DNA of 49,003 nt from Nemertoderma westbladi (lineage: Eukaryota; Animalia; Xenacoelomorpha). The DNA is taken from contig JAUCBJ010002603.1 of NCBI GenBank assembly GCA_032718475.1, positions 1 to 49,003 of the forward strand, in the 5' to 3' direction. Each line of letters opens with the position of its first letter. Within the stretch, counting starts at the first letter, position 1. Shown one piece after another: positions 1 through 11,487 of the stretch. The notes below the pieces were generated by a model, which was not told where the DNA came from, ran no database searches, and saw only the letters and a program-made list of their open reading frames with translations. Made by a program: the position numbers and the translations under genes.

Positions 1-1461
1 GCAGTCAGTCAGTTTAGTCGTACAGATTTTTGAAAACCTTGTTAGAACCCATAGAACAATCGAGAATTTTCTCGATTGATTGCAGCACAAATTTGCTATA
101 TAAAGGTGCGATTTGTTCATTAGTTATTACAACCTACTTCACAGATTATCTTATCAATATTCTGTCGTGCTTAGTTTATTCTCAGATTACATTGTATTAT
201 AATTGTATCTTCTGTAATAAAGTCAGAATATTCTCTCAGCTTTTCTATCTGTTTTACCATGGATTCACTACGGTGAACAAACTCAGGGACAGGATGGCCG
301 GCTAGAGATCGGGCCGCAGCAATGAACGGGAACATCACGGGAATGTAGACGAGAGACAACCCGCAATACCATCTAGAGTTATTCGCCCATCGCCTGAAAG
401 GTTAGACAGCGTTCGATCCTTGCTACCTAAGTATAAGACCAAAAGATCAAAAGGTAGACGTAGTGACACGCTGTAAGCCCAAAATTACATCATAGGGACT
501 GTACTGTCTTGATTCAGGAAAACCCACAGTAGACCTTCACATTCCTACGGGAGGGAGAGAGCGCAGGCCGATACTAGTACGCAGATAAGACGTAGGCACA
601 CCGGTACAAGGCATACACATTGGTTAGGGTGCAGCAAACTGTACGCTTAACTCTTGCTAAGTACAGGTGCGTCTGTGACTATTTGCCGTGCAACGGTGTC
701 CATTACATCAGAACTTGTAGGCTAGGGGGGTTGCTGTGTTTTCACCTGAATTAGGATTGTACCGTTCAGGCGGTAGGGCAGTTTACGTACTAGGCGCAAA
801 TAAATTGAGGCTATCAGGGATATACTAACATCTACCGTGTCCCCGCCAACGCCCTAATAGGAAGTTACCCGGACTACCTGGGTGACTAAAATTCTAGATA
901 GGAGCCAGGATAGCTATTAGTACCCGTACGCCTACAGTAGTAAACTAACACATCTCTTCTTAGTATCAGGGACCTGGTACCTAAAATTGCCGAATTCTGG
1001 GCGTAGTATTAACCTTATGCCTGAATTTGAGGAAGGAGGAAAACTGTTTTTGACCGTTCAGAATTAACACACGCGCGTTAGAATTATTTACACCTCGAAA
1101 TATATAAAATTAACTTTGTCCGTACTGTGCTTTGCCCGCTAGTTAGACATCTCCAAATATCTGCCTGCACCTAGCTAGCGTCTCTTCGCCCAACCATATA
1201 AATCACACCGCGGCAAAGTATACGAGCCCCTTAGTCCGTCAGTGAGTCAGCCTGATTTTAGGATTCGCTGCGCGGGATTTTTGTTTTATCGAAGTTTGTC
1301 TGCTCGTAGACTGTTTTCTGCCTCACCGGTTATAAGAGATCGATACTGCAATATATTCGCTTGCTTAGAGTTTACTGTTTTGGTGAGAAGGTCGGATTTA
1401 TGATTTGATTTACAAACTTTACAGTAGGATATTGCAGGTATTGTTACCGTCTCTTCCAATA
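1..1461 (+). repeat. 5' LTR (left-truncated by the window edge)
   Basis: 33-1461 matches 14375-15916 apart from a 113-bp indel and one substitution that I could see; identity ends at ...CTCTTCCAATA. Contains TATA-like boxes (97, 1197) and AATAAA (216, 799). Inclusion of 1-32 is inferred. Confidence 0.88.
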
Positions 1462-1480
1462 GTAGGAATGTGTTTTACTG
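1462..1480 (+). other. Non-tRNA primer-binding site candidate (self-priming)
   Basis: GTAGGAATGTG (1462-1472) immediately follows the LTR and is the exact reverse complement of CACATTCCTAC (538-548); there is no TGG-led tRNA PBS at this position. Confidence 0.7.
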
Positions 1481-2062
1481 AACTACGGTTCGGTAGGACT
1501 AAAGTTATTTGAAAATTTTGTATTTTGAGGTAAAAATTCGTATTTGATTAGCTAAGTGCTAATTTTTTGAAATAAAATTTGATTTGAACCGCGTGTAAAA
1601 TATTTTTGGAATTGAATACCGGTGTTTAAAAGGGTTTAAATACCATATTGTACCGGTACAAAATTTTCGTAAAGTAAAACCTAACTCTTTTGTTTTTCAG
1701 GATTCAGAACTCATTTCTAGACTGTAACGGGAGCAAGACCGTGTTTAGCAAGTTTGGGAGATAGATAACCCAACAACTTTGGTTGGGAAAATCGCGTTTC
1801 GTCCGCAACGTTAAAAACGGAAAGGTTCACGTTCGGTTTGTATCTGGGAATCTGTTTTTCTGGAGAATTATTGGAGTGGGTGAGTTCGAAAAGTTGCATA
1901 AATAAGTTAGGCATTACCGTATTAGTTAAAATTATTGTGGGTTCCACTGTCTCAAGTATTTATGCATTCCGTACGATTTCTTTGTTCATTGCTGAATTAG
2001 TCCGTATTATTGTATTTAATTTACCTTTTGATAACGCATATCGTTATCCGATTTATTTGTTA

Positions 2063-2185
2063 TAAAATTGGCCGCTAGGCTAACTTTATTATATACTTAT
2101 TCCGTGACATTTATTTGCTGTAAAATTGGCCGTTTAGGCTAATTTTATCCATCTGCTATAAAATCGGCCGGTAGGCTAATTTTAT
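2063..2185 (+). repeat. Three imperfect copies of TAAAATTGGCCG..TAGGCTAATTTTAT in the 5' leader
   Basis: Copies near 2063, 2120 and 2159. Confidence 0.75.
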
Positions 2186-3285
2186 AAGACTGTAATTAGT
2201 ACCGTTTAGATATAAATACGGTAAAACTCGATACTTTGACACTCACTTTACTTGACTTACAACTACCGAAATGAGTGACAAACAAGACTATACAAAGAAT
2301 ACACCTACCGACTATGACTCGTGTGACGCGGATAAGTCAGCAGCGGAAGGACAACAGGGGAAGACTCGCGAGCCTACCGAACCTACACCGTGTGCGTCAC
2401 CAGTACATCCAACGGGAGTACCGGATGCCGTAGTACGAGGCGACGGCAGGACCGAGGACTTTCTAACTGTTCCGCAACCTAGATACAGGGAAACGGACAT
2501 GGTAAGTTCAGCAGGAAGCCAGGAAAGTGTGGTTAGAAGCGTCGGAGGTTACATGGCGCATATAACCAGGAGTATTGGAGAAGGTCATCGCATATTAGAC
2601 GAGTTGACCGCTCCGATGTCTCGATTCGAGTTCTACACCCTCCAGGTTAGAGTGCAAACTAGAGTACACAAGTCCGTAGATAACCTAGCTAATTGGTCTA
2701 CAAGATCTAGCTAGACAGAGACAGGACATGGACACTCAACTTAGAATCCTCGAGAAACTAATGATCGCTAGAGAGAAACTGATTCAGTTTAAGTCGACGA
2801 TTAGGCAGATACAACAGGAACAAGCAGACCAGTTGCTAGGTGAGTCAGTTTCGGACGAATTATTACAGCCCGAGGAAGAACAGGAACTGTACCGACTGGA
2901 TGGACAATTGAAACATCTGACGGACCACTTACGTATGTGCGGCGAGGATGTCGGAGATTGGGAAACCGTGCCGGAATATACGAGGGAAACTTCACCCGTA
3001 CGAATCGAATCGGCACCGGGAATACTGGACCAATCGTTAGTGAGTATTCGCAGCGAAATTGGCGAGATAAGTATAGTGACGTCAGAAATTTCCAGACAGC
3101 AACAACAAGTGGATAGACAACAACGGGAAGCGGAGGAACAAGCTCAACTGTTGACGGCACAAGCAGCGGTACAAGAAGAAAAACTACGCGTTGCGGATGT
3201 TGCAAGAATCTCTCATCTGCGAGAACAAGCCGAGTTGGAAGCGGCTGAGATGGAAAGGTTGGAGCTAGAAATAGCACAGCGAACA

Positions 3286-3384
3286 GCGGCAGCTGAGTTA
3301 GCGCAACAAGCGGCAGCAGCTGAGTTAGAACGACAAGCGGCAGCAGCTGAGTTAGAATGACAAGCGGCAGCAGCTGAGTTGGAA
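3286..3384 (+). repeat. 27-bp coding tandem repeat (AAAELERQA-like, 4 copies)
   Basis: Units of GCAGCTGAGTTAGAACGACAAGCGGCA; one unit has CGA changed to TGA. Confidence 0.9.
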
Positions 3385-4064
3385 GAACACAAGCGAGTTT
3401 CGGAAGCAAGAGCTGAAATGAAAAAACGGCAAATAAAGGCTCAATCAGCGATAAGACAAGCGGAGCTCGAAGCGCAACAACGACAGACGGAACAACGCGA
3501 GAAGGAAGTTAAACTTCATTTCGAACTCGGGAAGAAGGCGAGAGAATTAGCCAACGCGAAGGAAGATCTGGATCTACAAGCCCGCGATCGATCGATGAGA
3601 TCTCGAGACGGACACGATCTAGACCAGTTAGAGGTAAGACACCGCCAAATTCAGGAACGGAAGAAGGAAGGAAGCGTAGGAGCACCCGGACGGGAACGAC
3701 AATTAGTAAAGGACTTGTGTCAACGATTCCCACAGGTAACTCATATGTTTGCACCGGTTACGACTAAGGAACCTGTTTCGATTGCTGGTAGTAGTAATAT
3801 TTCTCCTATCCATGGTGCGACGGAACACAGGTTTGTTATTCCGGACAAGTTTACACCGCCAAGAGCAACGTCGTCGCCTATTCCGAAAGTCAAGGTAAGT
3901 AACCCACCGATTACAGATCGTAGTAGTTTATTAGTCGAACCTGTACTACTGACGACGAAACAGGTGAGTCCACCGTCGACACCTAAACCCGTTACACACT
4001 ACGCTTACCCAATGACGTTTAGGCCAACAAGGCCAGTTGTTTCAAATGCTGTCATTCGCCCACC

Positions 4065-4213
4065 GATCAACCAGTTTACATCGCAATCTACGACTTCGAG
4101 GAAGACTTGTGAGCCTACCGAACAACGGACACTAGTGGATACGCGACTGATCAACCAGTTTACATCGCAATCTACGACTTCGAGGAAGACTTGTGAGCCT
4201 ACCGAACAACGGA
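4065..4213 (+). repeat. 84-bp-period coding duplication (INQFTSQSTTSRKTCEPTEQR, 2 copies)
   Basis: About 65 identical nt at 4065 and 4149. Confidence 0.92.
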
Positions 4214-7200
4214 GATCAGTGGACGATGTTCCGAAACGGAATGTTAGAATTCGAACGACGCAACGAACGCGAGCACGTCGACCACCATATCCAGATGATA
4301 GTAGTACTTCGAGCGAATCGGATTACCCGAAACGCGAAGTATTTAGAACAGGGGCGGCCGATGGATATAAACGCGAGCGTTCAGACAACTCCTTTGTAGA
4401 TAATCCTCCACAGAATACACCAACACAAAAGGCGTTACAACCAACAGACGCGATCAGTACCCAACAGTTCGCCGACATCATGCGACCAGTTGTCAACAAG
4501 TTGGCTCAGATCGAGGAGCGTCTGGAGGAAGTTCAAACCGATAGTTCGAGGAACACCGAATTCGAACACAATAGACACCCGAAGGAACCACAAAGACCGG
4601 TACCTTCAAACCCCACATCGTATCAGGGAAAAGCGCCAAGAAGGGAGAACATCAACCAGACTACCAACCAAGGACGCGAAACTCTGAACGTTGCAGAGGA
4701 GATAGCGAAATTCGCAGCCAGACAGGGATTGCCGGTACAACAACCACCGAAGTTCTCCGGTAGCTCAAAACACTGGCATACCTTCGTAGACTATATCGAA
4801 TCCCAGATCGCCGTGTGCGCCTTTACATCACGGGAGAAGTTCAATTACCTGCTCCAAACGTTGTCAGGAGAACCTAAACGTTTGGCAGAGACCTTCGTTG
4901 GTGTACCGGACGCTTTCGAACTAGCGTACGATCGTTTAACTTCGATATACGGAGGTACAGTGAGCATGGCCAGGTCAGTAATAGAGGAACTCTGTAAGGG
5001 AGGGGCTATCACTAAACCCGTCGACTTACTAAAACTAGCTGACGAGATCAAGAACGCTATCACTACCTTAAGATCAATTGGACAACTTGATTACGGGAAT
5101 ACCCCTACAGTCCTATTAAAGATCATAGGACGACTCCACCATCGACTTCGTCGGGAGTGGAGAAAGGTCGAATACCAGCGAGAGGAGCGAGGAGGATTCC
5201 TAAAATTAGAAGATGTGTACATTTTAATATCCAGGGAGGCGGTAGTAGAAACTCGATCTAACTACACCGACCAGCACATCGTGGCAGAAGGGATCACATT
5301 GCCATCCTCCAACCGACAAAAACCCCAGACAACATCCACTAAGACGGCCACTTACACCACACCGACGGAATTACGACAATTCTCGGACGGAGGTAGGGTA
5401 TCTGCGCCCATTGGGACAAAACAAACGAGACAGCAACTTGGTACCGACTTCAGTGGCTGCCAATACTGCGAGCATCTAGGTAAGCGGTATATCGGCCACA
5501 AGTTACGAGGTTGTCGACAATTTCGCGAGTTGAACTCGGAAGAACGACGGCTGCAAATACGGCCACTGGACTCTTGTTGGCAGTGTACGCGACACGGACA
5601 CGTGCGTAAGGATTGCCCAAATACTGACACTTGTCCATCCTGTGGACGCAACCACGACGGTCTGCTCCACACAGACAGCCACACGCCGACGAAACGCTTC
5701 GCCAGGGAACACCCGGAAGCAGCAGCGAGATGTGATGCGGCCTATAGAAAACGAGAATCAAAAACGACTCCAACCTTCGTGACCCATATTGAGGATTGCT
5801 TCTCAGAACAATCCGGATCGTCGGACGAAGAATCAGAAGACGACGACGAATATTCTAATGGAGACGAACAACCGTCGATCGCGCTTCTGACCACTGATCA
5901 ACTGAAGGGATTCAGTGTAATCCCGATTAAGGTTACTGGCACAAAGGGGAGCAAGAGGATCTATGCGATTCTAGATTCAGCCTCATCTCATAGCTACGTG
6001 GACGAAAAGATAGCTGACGTCGTGACGGATCTAAAACAAGGTAAGCACGTCAGTTATACAGTAAGTAGTATGCACGGACAGCGTGCAATACCAGTGACGC
6101 GAGTTAAGTTGGACTTAGACTCTCTTCTTCCAAAATCGCAACACAGCGAGAGGGAGAGGTCTTTGTTGCCCTTTAGAGATCTAACCTTTGCGGCCACGAA
6201 GGACTTTAGTAACCTACTAGGTCCAGTGCCGGAACAATCTCTAGAGGACCGTAAGTATTTCAGACACCTTGGTGTACCCGAATGTCCTGTCAATTATAGA
6301 TCGGTAGCAATGCTGATCGGGACGGACCAATTCAACCTACATCAGGTGTGGGAAACCAGACCATCGGCAGTTGTAGCGGGAAACGCATACGCCTGCAGAA
6401 CGCCGATAGGGTGGTATACTCGAGCGCCTGTGCGCACACTAGACGTAAGTGACGAGGAAGACGATGTACAGAGTACATGTAGTTTATTAACTACAAATTC
6501 AATTCATTCCTTTTCACACGACGTGAACCATACTACACTACAGTCGACAAAACATGACAGACGTGTAACTAGTATGATAAGTCACAAGGAGCAGCTAACC
6601 CACAAGGTGAGTTTAGAACTTGGGGGGAAGACGAGTCAGCTAGAGATTCCATCGACGACAGATGATAGGCTTGCGAGTCTACCTACCCCAATAACCTCAA
6701 CAGTGCCCGTCGATATCGATGATGACGCGTTGAGAAATCATCAGTTGGAACAAGCCACCTTGGACAAAGAATTAACGGAGAAGACTATCAGGTGGTTAGA
6801 ACAAGATACAGCTGAACCTGGTAGCTATGAACCTTGTATGTCGGAACAGGAGAAACAATCTCTGAAGATCATGGAAGATACTATCCACCAGACGAAAGAC
6901 GGACATTATGAGGTAGGGATGTTATGGCGTAGCCAAAGTCCTAAACTTATAAACAACTATCCACTGGCTTTAAGACGTCTACACTCAATCCGACAACGTC
7001 TATTAAAAGACGAGAAAGCCCATCTGCAGTATAACACTCAGATGGAGACGTATTTGACAAAGGGATACGCTATCCGAATGACTAACCCGGAGCGAGTGAC
7101 CGACCAAACGTATTACTTGCCACATCACTACGTGAGACACCCCGACAAACCAGACAAAGTACGTGTAGTCAATGACTGTGCGGCTCTGTTTGAGGGAATG

Positions 7201-10200
7201 TCCCTCAATAGTGAGTTGATGGATGGACCGAACATGAATAATTATCTTATGGGGGTGATTATGCGCTTCCGTCAGCGTCAAGTAGCTTTTACTTGTGACG
7301 TTGAAGCGATGTTTCACCAAGTAAAAGCGTTAGAGCGAGACAGAGACAGTTTGCGGTTCCTCTGGTACCCGGAAGGAGATTTAAGTCTACCACCGGCGAC
7401 TTACCAAATGCAAGTTCGCGTTTTCGGTGCCAGAGACAGCCCAAATTGTACGATGTACGCCCTAAAGCAGGCCGCTAGGGATCAGAAACATCTATATGAC
7501 CCAGAGATAATTAGAATTGTGGAGCGTGACTTTTACGTTGATGACGGATTACAGAGTTGCGACACAGTAGAACGTGCTACAACAGTAGCACATCAATTAC
7601 GGGACTGCTTGGCGGGCGGAGGTTTTAACCTCACCAAATTCGCCTCAAACAGTGCCGAATTAGTAGACTCATTCGGAACTACTGAGCGTGGAGGTGGTGA
7701 CATAGACCTAGAGTTCGAACCACTACCGACGACTAAGGTGTTGGGGCTCTTTTGGGACCCAAACACAGACAACTTTCGAGTGAAGGTGAGACTGGACAGT
7801 CAAGGGAACACACTGACAAAGAGATCATGCTTGTCAAAATTGAGCCGATTGTTCGATCCGTTAGGATTCATCAGTCCAGTGATACTGCAAGCCCGCATTT
7901 ATATGCGCAGTATATGGAAGGATGGACTAACATGGGACGAGCCGATCTCATCAGACCAAGTGGACTTATGGAAGACCTGGGAGGCGGAATTATCTTCGCT
8001 AGAGGATTATTCCATACCCAGGGTTTACTTTCCATTACAAAGTACATTTCCTGACAACTTGGAACTACACTGTTTTTCTGACGCCAGTGACAACGGTTTT
8101 GGTGTGGCAGCGTACTTGCGCAGACAAGTAGAATCAGACGAGTTCGATGTTTCGCTCATTACTTCTAAGGCTAAGACCATGCCTACTAAGTATATGACGA
8201 CACCACGAGCCGAGCTACAAGCCGCAACCCTGTCAACCACCATCGTGAACCTCATACAGACAGAACTACAGTCGAGTTTACAGATATTTTATTGGACTGA
8301 CGCGACGTTGGTTTTATTTTACATAAACAACGACACACTCGAATTCAAGACATTCGTAGCTAACCGTCGCGCGGAAATTCTAGACCGTTCAATAAAAGAG
8401 GATTGGCGACATTGTCCCGGACCACAAAACCCAGCTGATATTGCGTCGCGAGGAATGATGCCTGAGGAATTCTGTAAACCGGAGAACAAAGAATTTTGGC
8501 AACACGGACCCCAATTCTTGCAGAAATCGACACAAGATTGGCCTCCGTTATACGACAACAAGTCCAACACCATTCCCAAGGACGCCGAAATCAAGAAACC
8601 AAAAAAGGGAAAGACAAAGAAAAGGACGACGGCGGTAAAACTCAAGAAAAAACCGAAGGCGAAATGGAAAGATATAACTTCAAAGGTCAAGAGAGGAAGA
8701 CTTGCGAGCCTTTCTACACCAGACATATCGCCAGACGGTCAACCAGACATGTTACTAGACAGCCAACCAGACATTTTGCCAGACATATCACAAAATGTCC
8801 CACCAGACGCTAGTAACACACTGACAAACAGTAAAGCCGCAGTTTCCCTATTGGAGCGGCCTTGTATTGACAAACTACCAATTTTGACACACTTGAGCAA
8901 CCATAAGCACGGTGAAACCTCATGTATTACAGATGTGGGTAGTACCTACGCTAATGTAAATACAGGTGTTACTCTGCGCTCAAGAGACATACCGAACTTG
9001 CAACCTATGGTGAGACCTGGGATTAATGTCGGCAGAAAAATAAGTTTACCGAAACCTGCTGACCCCATAGAGTTCAAACCACCATTAACGATCGACTTAC
9101 AAAGTACTGACGATCAAGGTAAGAAGACAAAGAAGGACAAATTACTTGTAGACCCGGACGGATCAACAGTCAACAAGGGAATACTTACCGGCGGACCCGT
9201 GGGCCCTTCTAGTAATTCAAAACCTTCCAAAATCTCCATTGACTTACCTGATGACGTCACAAATACTTACGTCGACCGTATTGTAAACCTAACAGAATCT
9301 TGGACAAACGCTTGCCGAAAATTAGCGTGGATTGTACGTTTTGTACAATACGTTAAAGGCAAACGCGACTTTACACGTCGACTTACATTGACTGAGATTG
9401 ACAGGTGTGAGATTAAATTAATTCGCCATTATCAACTGCGATATTTCGCGCGCGAATTCACATCTATAAATCAAGGTCAACCAATCAAGTCGTCACCAAT
9501 ACTGAGTTGGAGTCCGATAATTTATAATGGCTTAATTTGTCATAAATCTCGGCTTCAAAACATTGACTTTAACACGAACTTTAGGTACCCAATAATAATA
9601 CCGCAACACCACGAACTACAACGTGCAATGATACTGGACGCACATCTACATCTGAAACACGCTGGAAGACACCACTGTCTTTCCTACTTACGTACTAGAT
9701 TTGTATTAATTAGACCCAGTAAAGCATTAAGTTCAGTGACACGTACGTGTATTATTTGTAAAAAGGTACATTCTAGAATAGGTACCCAAGAAATGAGTGA
9801 ACTACCACAAGCACGACTTCAAGCATTCAGACCACCTTTTACAGAGACTGGAATTGATTGCTTTGGTCCCATACATACGAAACGTGGACGTATACTAGTA
9901 AAACGCTGGGGACTGATTTTCACATGTATGTCCAGTAGGGCAGTTCACATTGAACGTGTGATGGATCTTTCCACCAACGCGTTTATACTAGCACTGCGGC
10001 GATTTATCGCTAGACGCGGACTAGTAAAATGCTTGTACTCAGACCAAGGGACAAACTTTGTTGGTGCTCGGAATGAGATTGCTAGAGCCTTTAAGAAATT
10101 AGATCATGATCAAATCTCGAACGAACTACAACCTCACAAGATTGTTTGGAAGTTCAATCCTCCAGATAGTCCTTGGAGAGGCGGAGTCTGGGAGAGATTG

Positions 10201-11487
10201 ATTAGATCTATAAAGACAGCCATGGCAAAGGTCATTCCAGTAAACCACATATTAACAGACGACCAACTGACAACATTGTTTGTTGAAATCGAGGCAATAC
10301 TAAATACTAGACCAATAGTATTAGTACCCGATGACAAACAATCCCAGTTTGCTTTAACACCGGCACACCTGCTTATGCAGGCACCGACGACATTGACACC
10401 TATTTCTATTCCAATAGAAAGCGACAGTTACGGTAGAAAAGCGTGGAAAATCACGCAACTACTGGCTAACAAATTCTGGGAAATATGGCAAAACCATTAT
10501 TTGCCCTCTATTTCTGCCAGAACAACTTGGTATAATAACACCCGCGCATTAAAGCCGGGAGATCACGTGCTGTTGGCAGAAGTGAATCTAAAAAGACGCT
10601 TCTGGATAACAGGTGTCATTTTAGCCACACATCCATCTATGGATGGAGTGACAAGAACTGTGACGGTACGGACAATTGACGGTCGAACAGTAGACAGACC
10701 GACTCAACGTCTCGTACTTCTTGAAGAGACTCGTAACGAGTCTGGAGACTACAAATCTCCACCTAATACTAGTAAATAATTAGGAGTTTACAAATAGATT
10801 TCCACGTACCTGTACACCGTAGTAAGGACAGCGGTAGAATTCCATTGTCTTTATATGTGAACATTGAGGGTGGTACCCTTACGTGTCACATAGGAGCGGG
10901 ATTTGTAGGTATAAGAAATGGAATTCTACTTGGAACTCACAATATTGAGACATTTTCGAAATTTTAGACAATCCATTTGGATTTGAAAAATTTTTAAAAA
11001 ATTTTCTCCAGTGAATAGATTTCAGGGTACAGTCGGGTGGAACTTAAAATTAGAAGAAACAAGAGAGGAAGACTTGCGAGCCTTTCTTAAAAAATTTTTT
11101 AATTAAATTTTACACGGTCTTGTTTCAATAAGTTACGTCAAAATAGACTCCCCTATATTTATTTACTAATTCTTGACTGCTTATTTTCTGATAATAGTTT
11201 GGGATCAAAAAGTGAGTATTTTAGACTCACAGCCAGTTTAGCCCAAATTCGTTTTTATTTCGGCAAAAATTTTAGATAAGAAGCAGCGTGTCATTAAAGA
11301 AACCTTAGATCTTAGGCTATGGGTAGGAGGTTAGAGCGTTGTCGAAGCCCAAAAGGCAGACGAAACTCTCACGTCTCCTCACAACTAACCACAAACTCTG
11401 TTGTATTCCCTCTAGTAGTAATGATTATGTAACTACACCTCTAATTATGGAGAAAGGGATACAAGGAGAGCCGAGATGGGGATATGA

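Larger units (their letters stand above)
2271..10779 (+). pseudogene. BEL/Pao gag-pol polyprotein (about 2830 aa reconstructed), disrupted by a frameshift near 2697 and TGA at 3358-3360
   Basis: BEL gag core PPKFSG..W..F / KFNYLLQTL; triple Cys-His cluster CQYC..H..C, CWQC..H..C, CPSC..H..LLH; protease ILDSAS; RT YYLPHH, DVEAMFHQV, FYVDD; RNase H FSDAS, PRAELQAA, WTDA, NPADIASRG; integrase HHCC, IDCFGP, SDQGTNF, GGVWERLI. ORFs 2728-3360 and 3379-10779 share a frame. Confidence 0.95.

Noticed and set aside
40-259. Apparent short LTR TGTTAG...TTACCA with TATA, AATAAA and a following TGG
   Set aside because: Identity between the two copies extends 7 bp upstream and 1.2 kb downstream. There is no PPT before 14382 and no TSD, and TGGATTCACTACGG matches no tRNA end I recognise. 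It could be an ancient captured module but is not the working boundary.
296-350. GGCCGGC start resembling an HDV ribozyme
   Set aside because: No P1 partner or nested pseudoknot could be built by eye.
1381-1398. TGGTGAGAAGGTCGGATT as a tRNA PBS
   Set aside because: It is present in both LTR copies, is not preceded by an LTR end, and its spacing is one base off a tRNA 3' end.
30-2065. Short ORFs in the LTR and leader, and antisense ORFs over gag-pol, MITEs and microsatellites (e.g. 39548-39748)
   Set aside because: No recognisable motifs; explained by repeats or as shadows of real ORFs.
3358-3360. Programmed stop readthrough between gag segments
   Set aside because: The neighbouring repeat unit has CGA at this position, so a point mutation is the simpler explanation.
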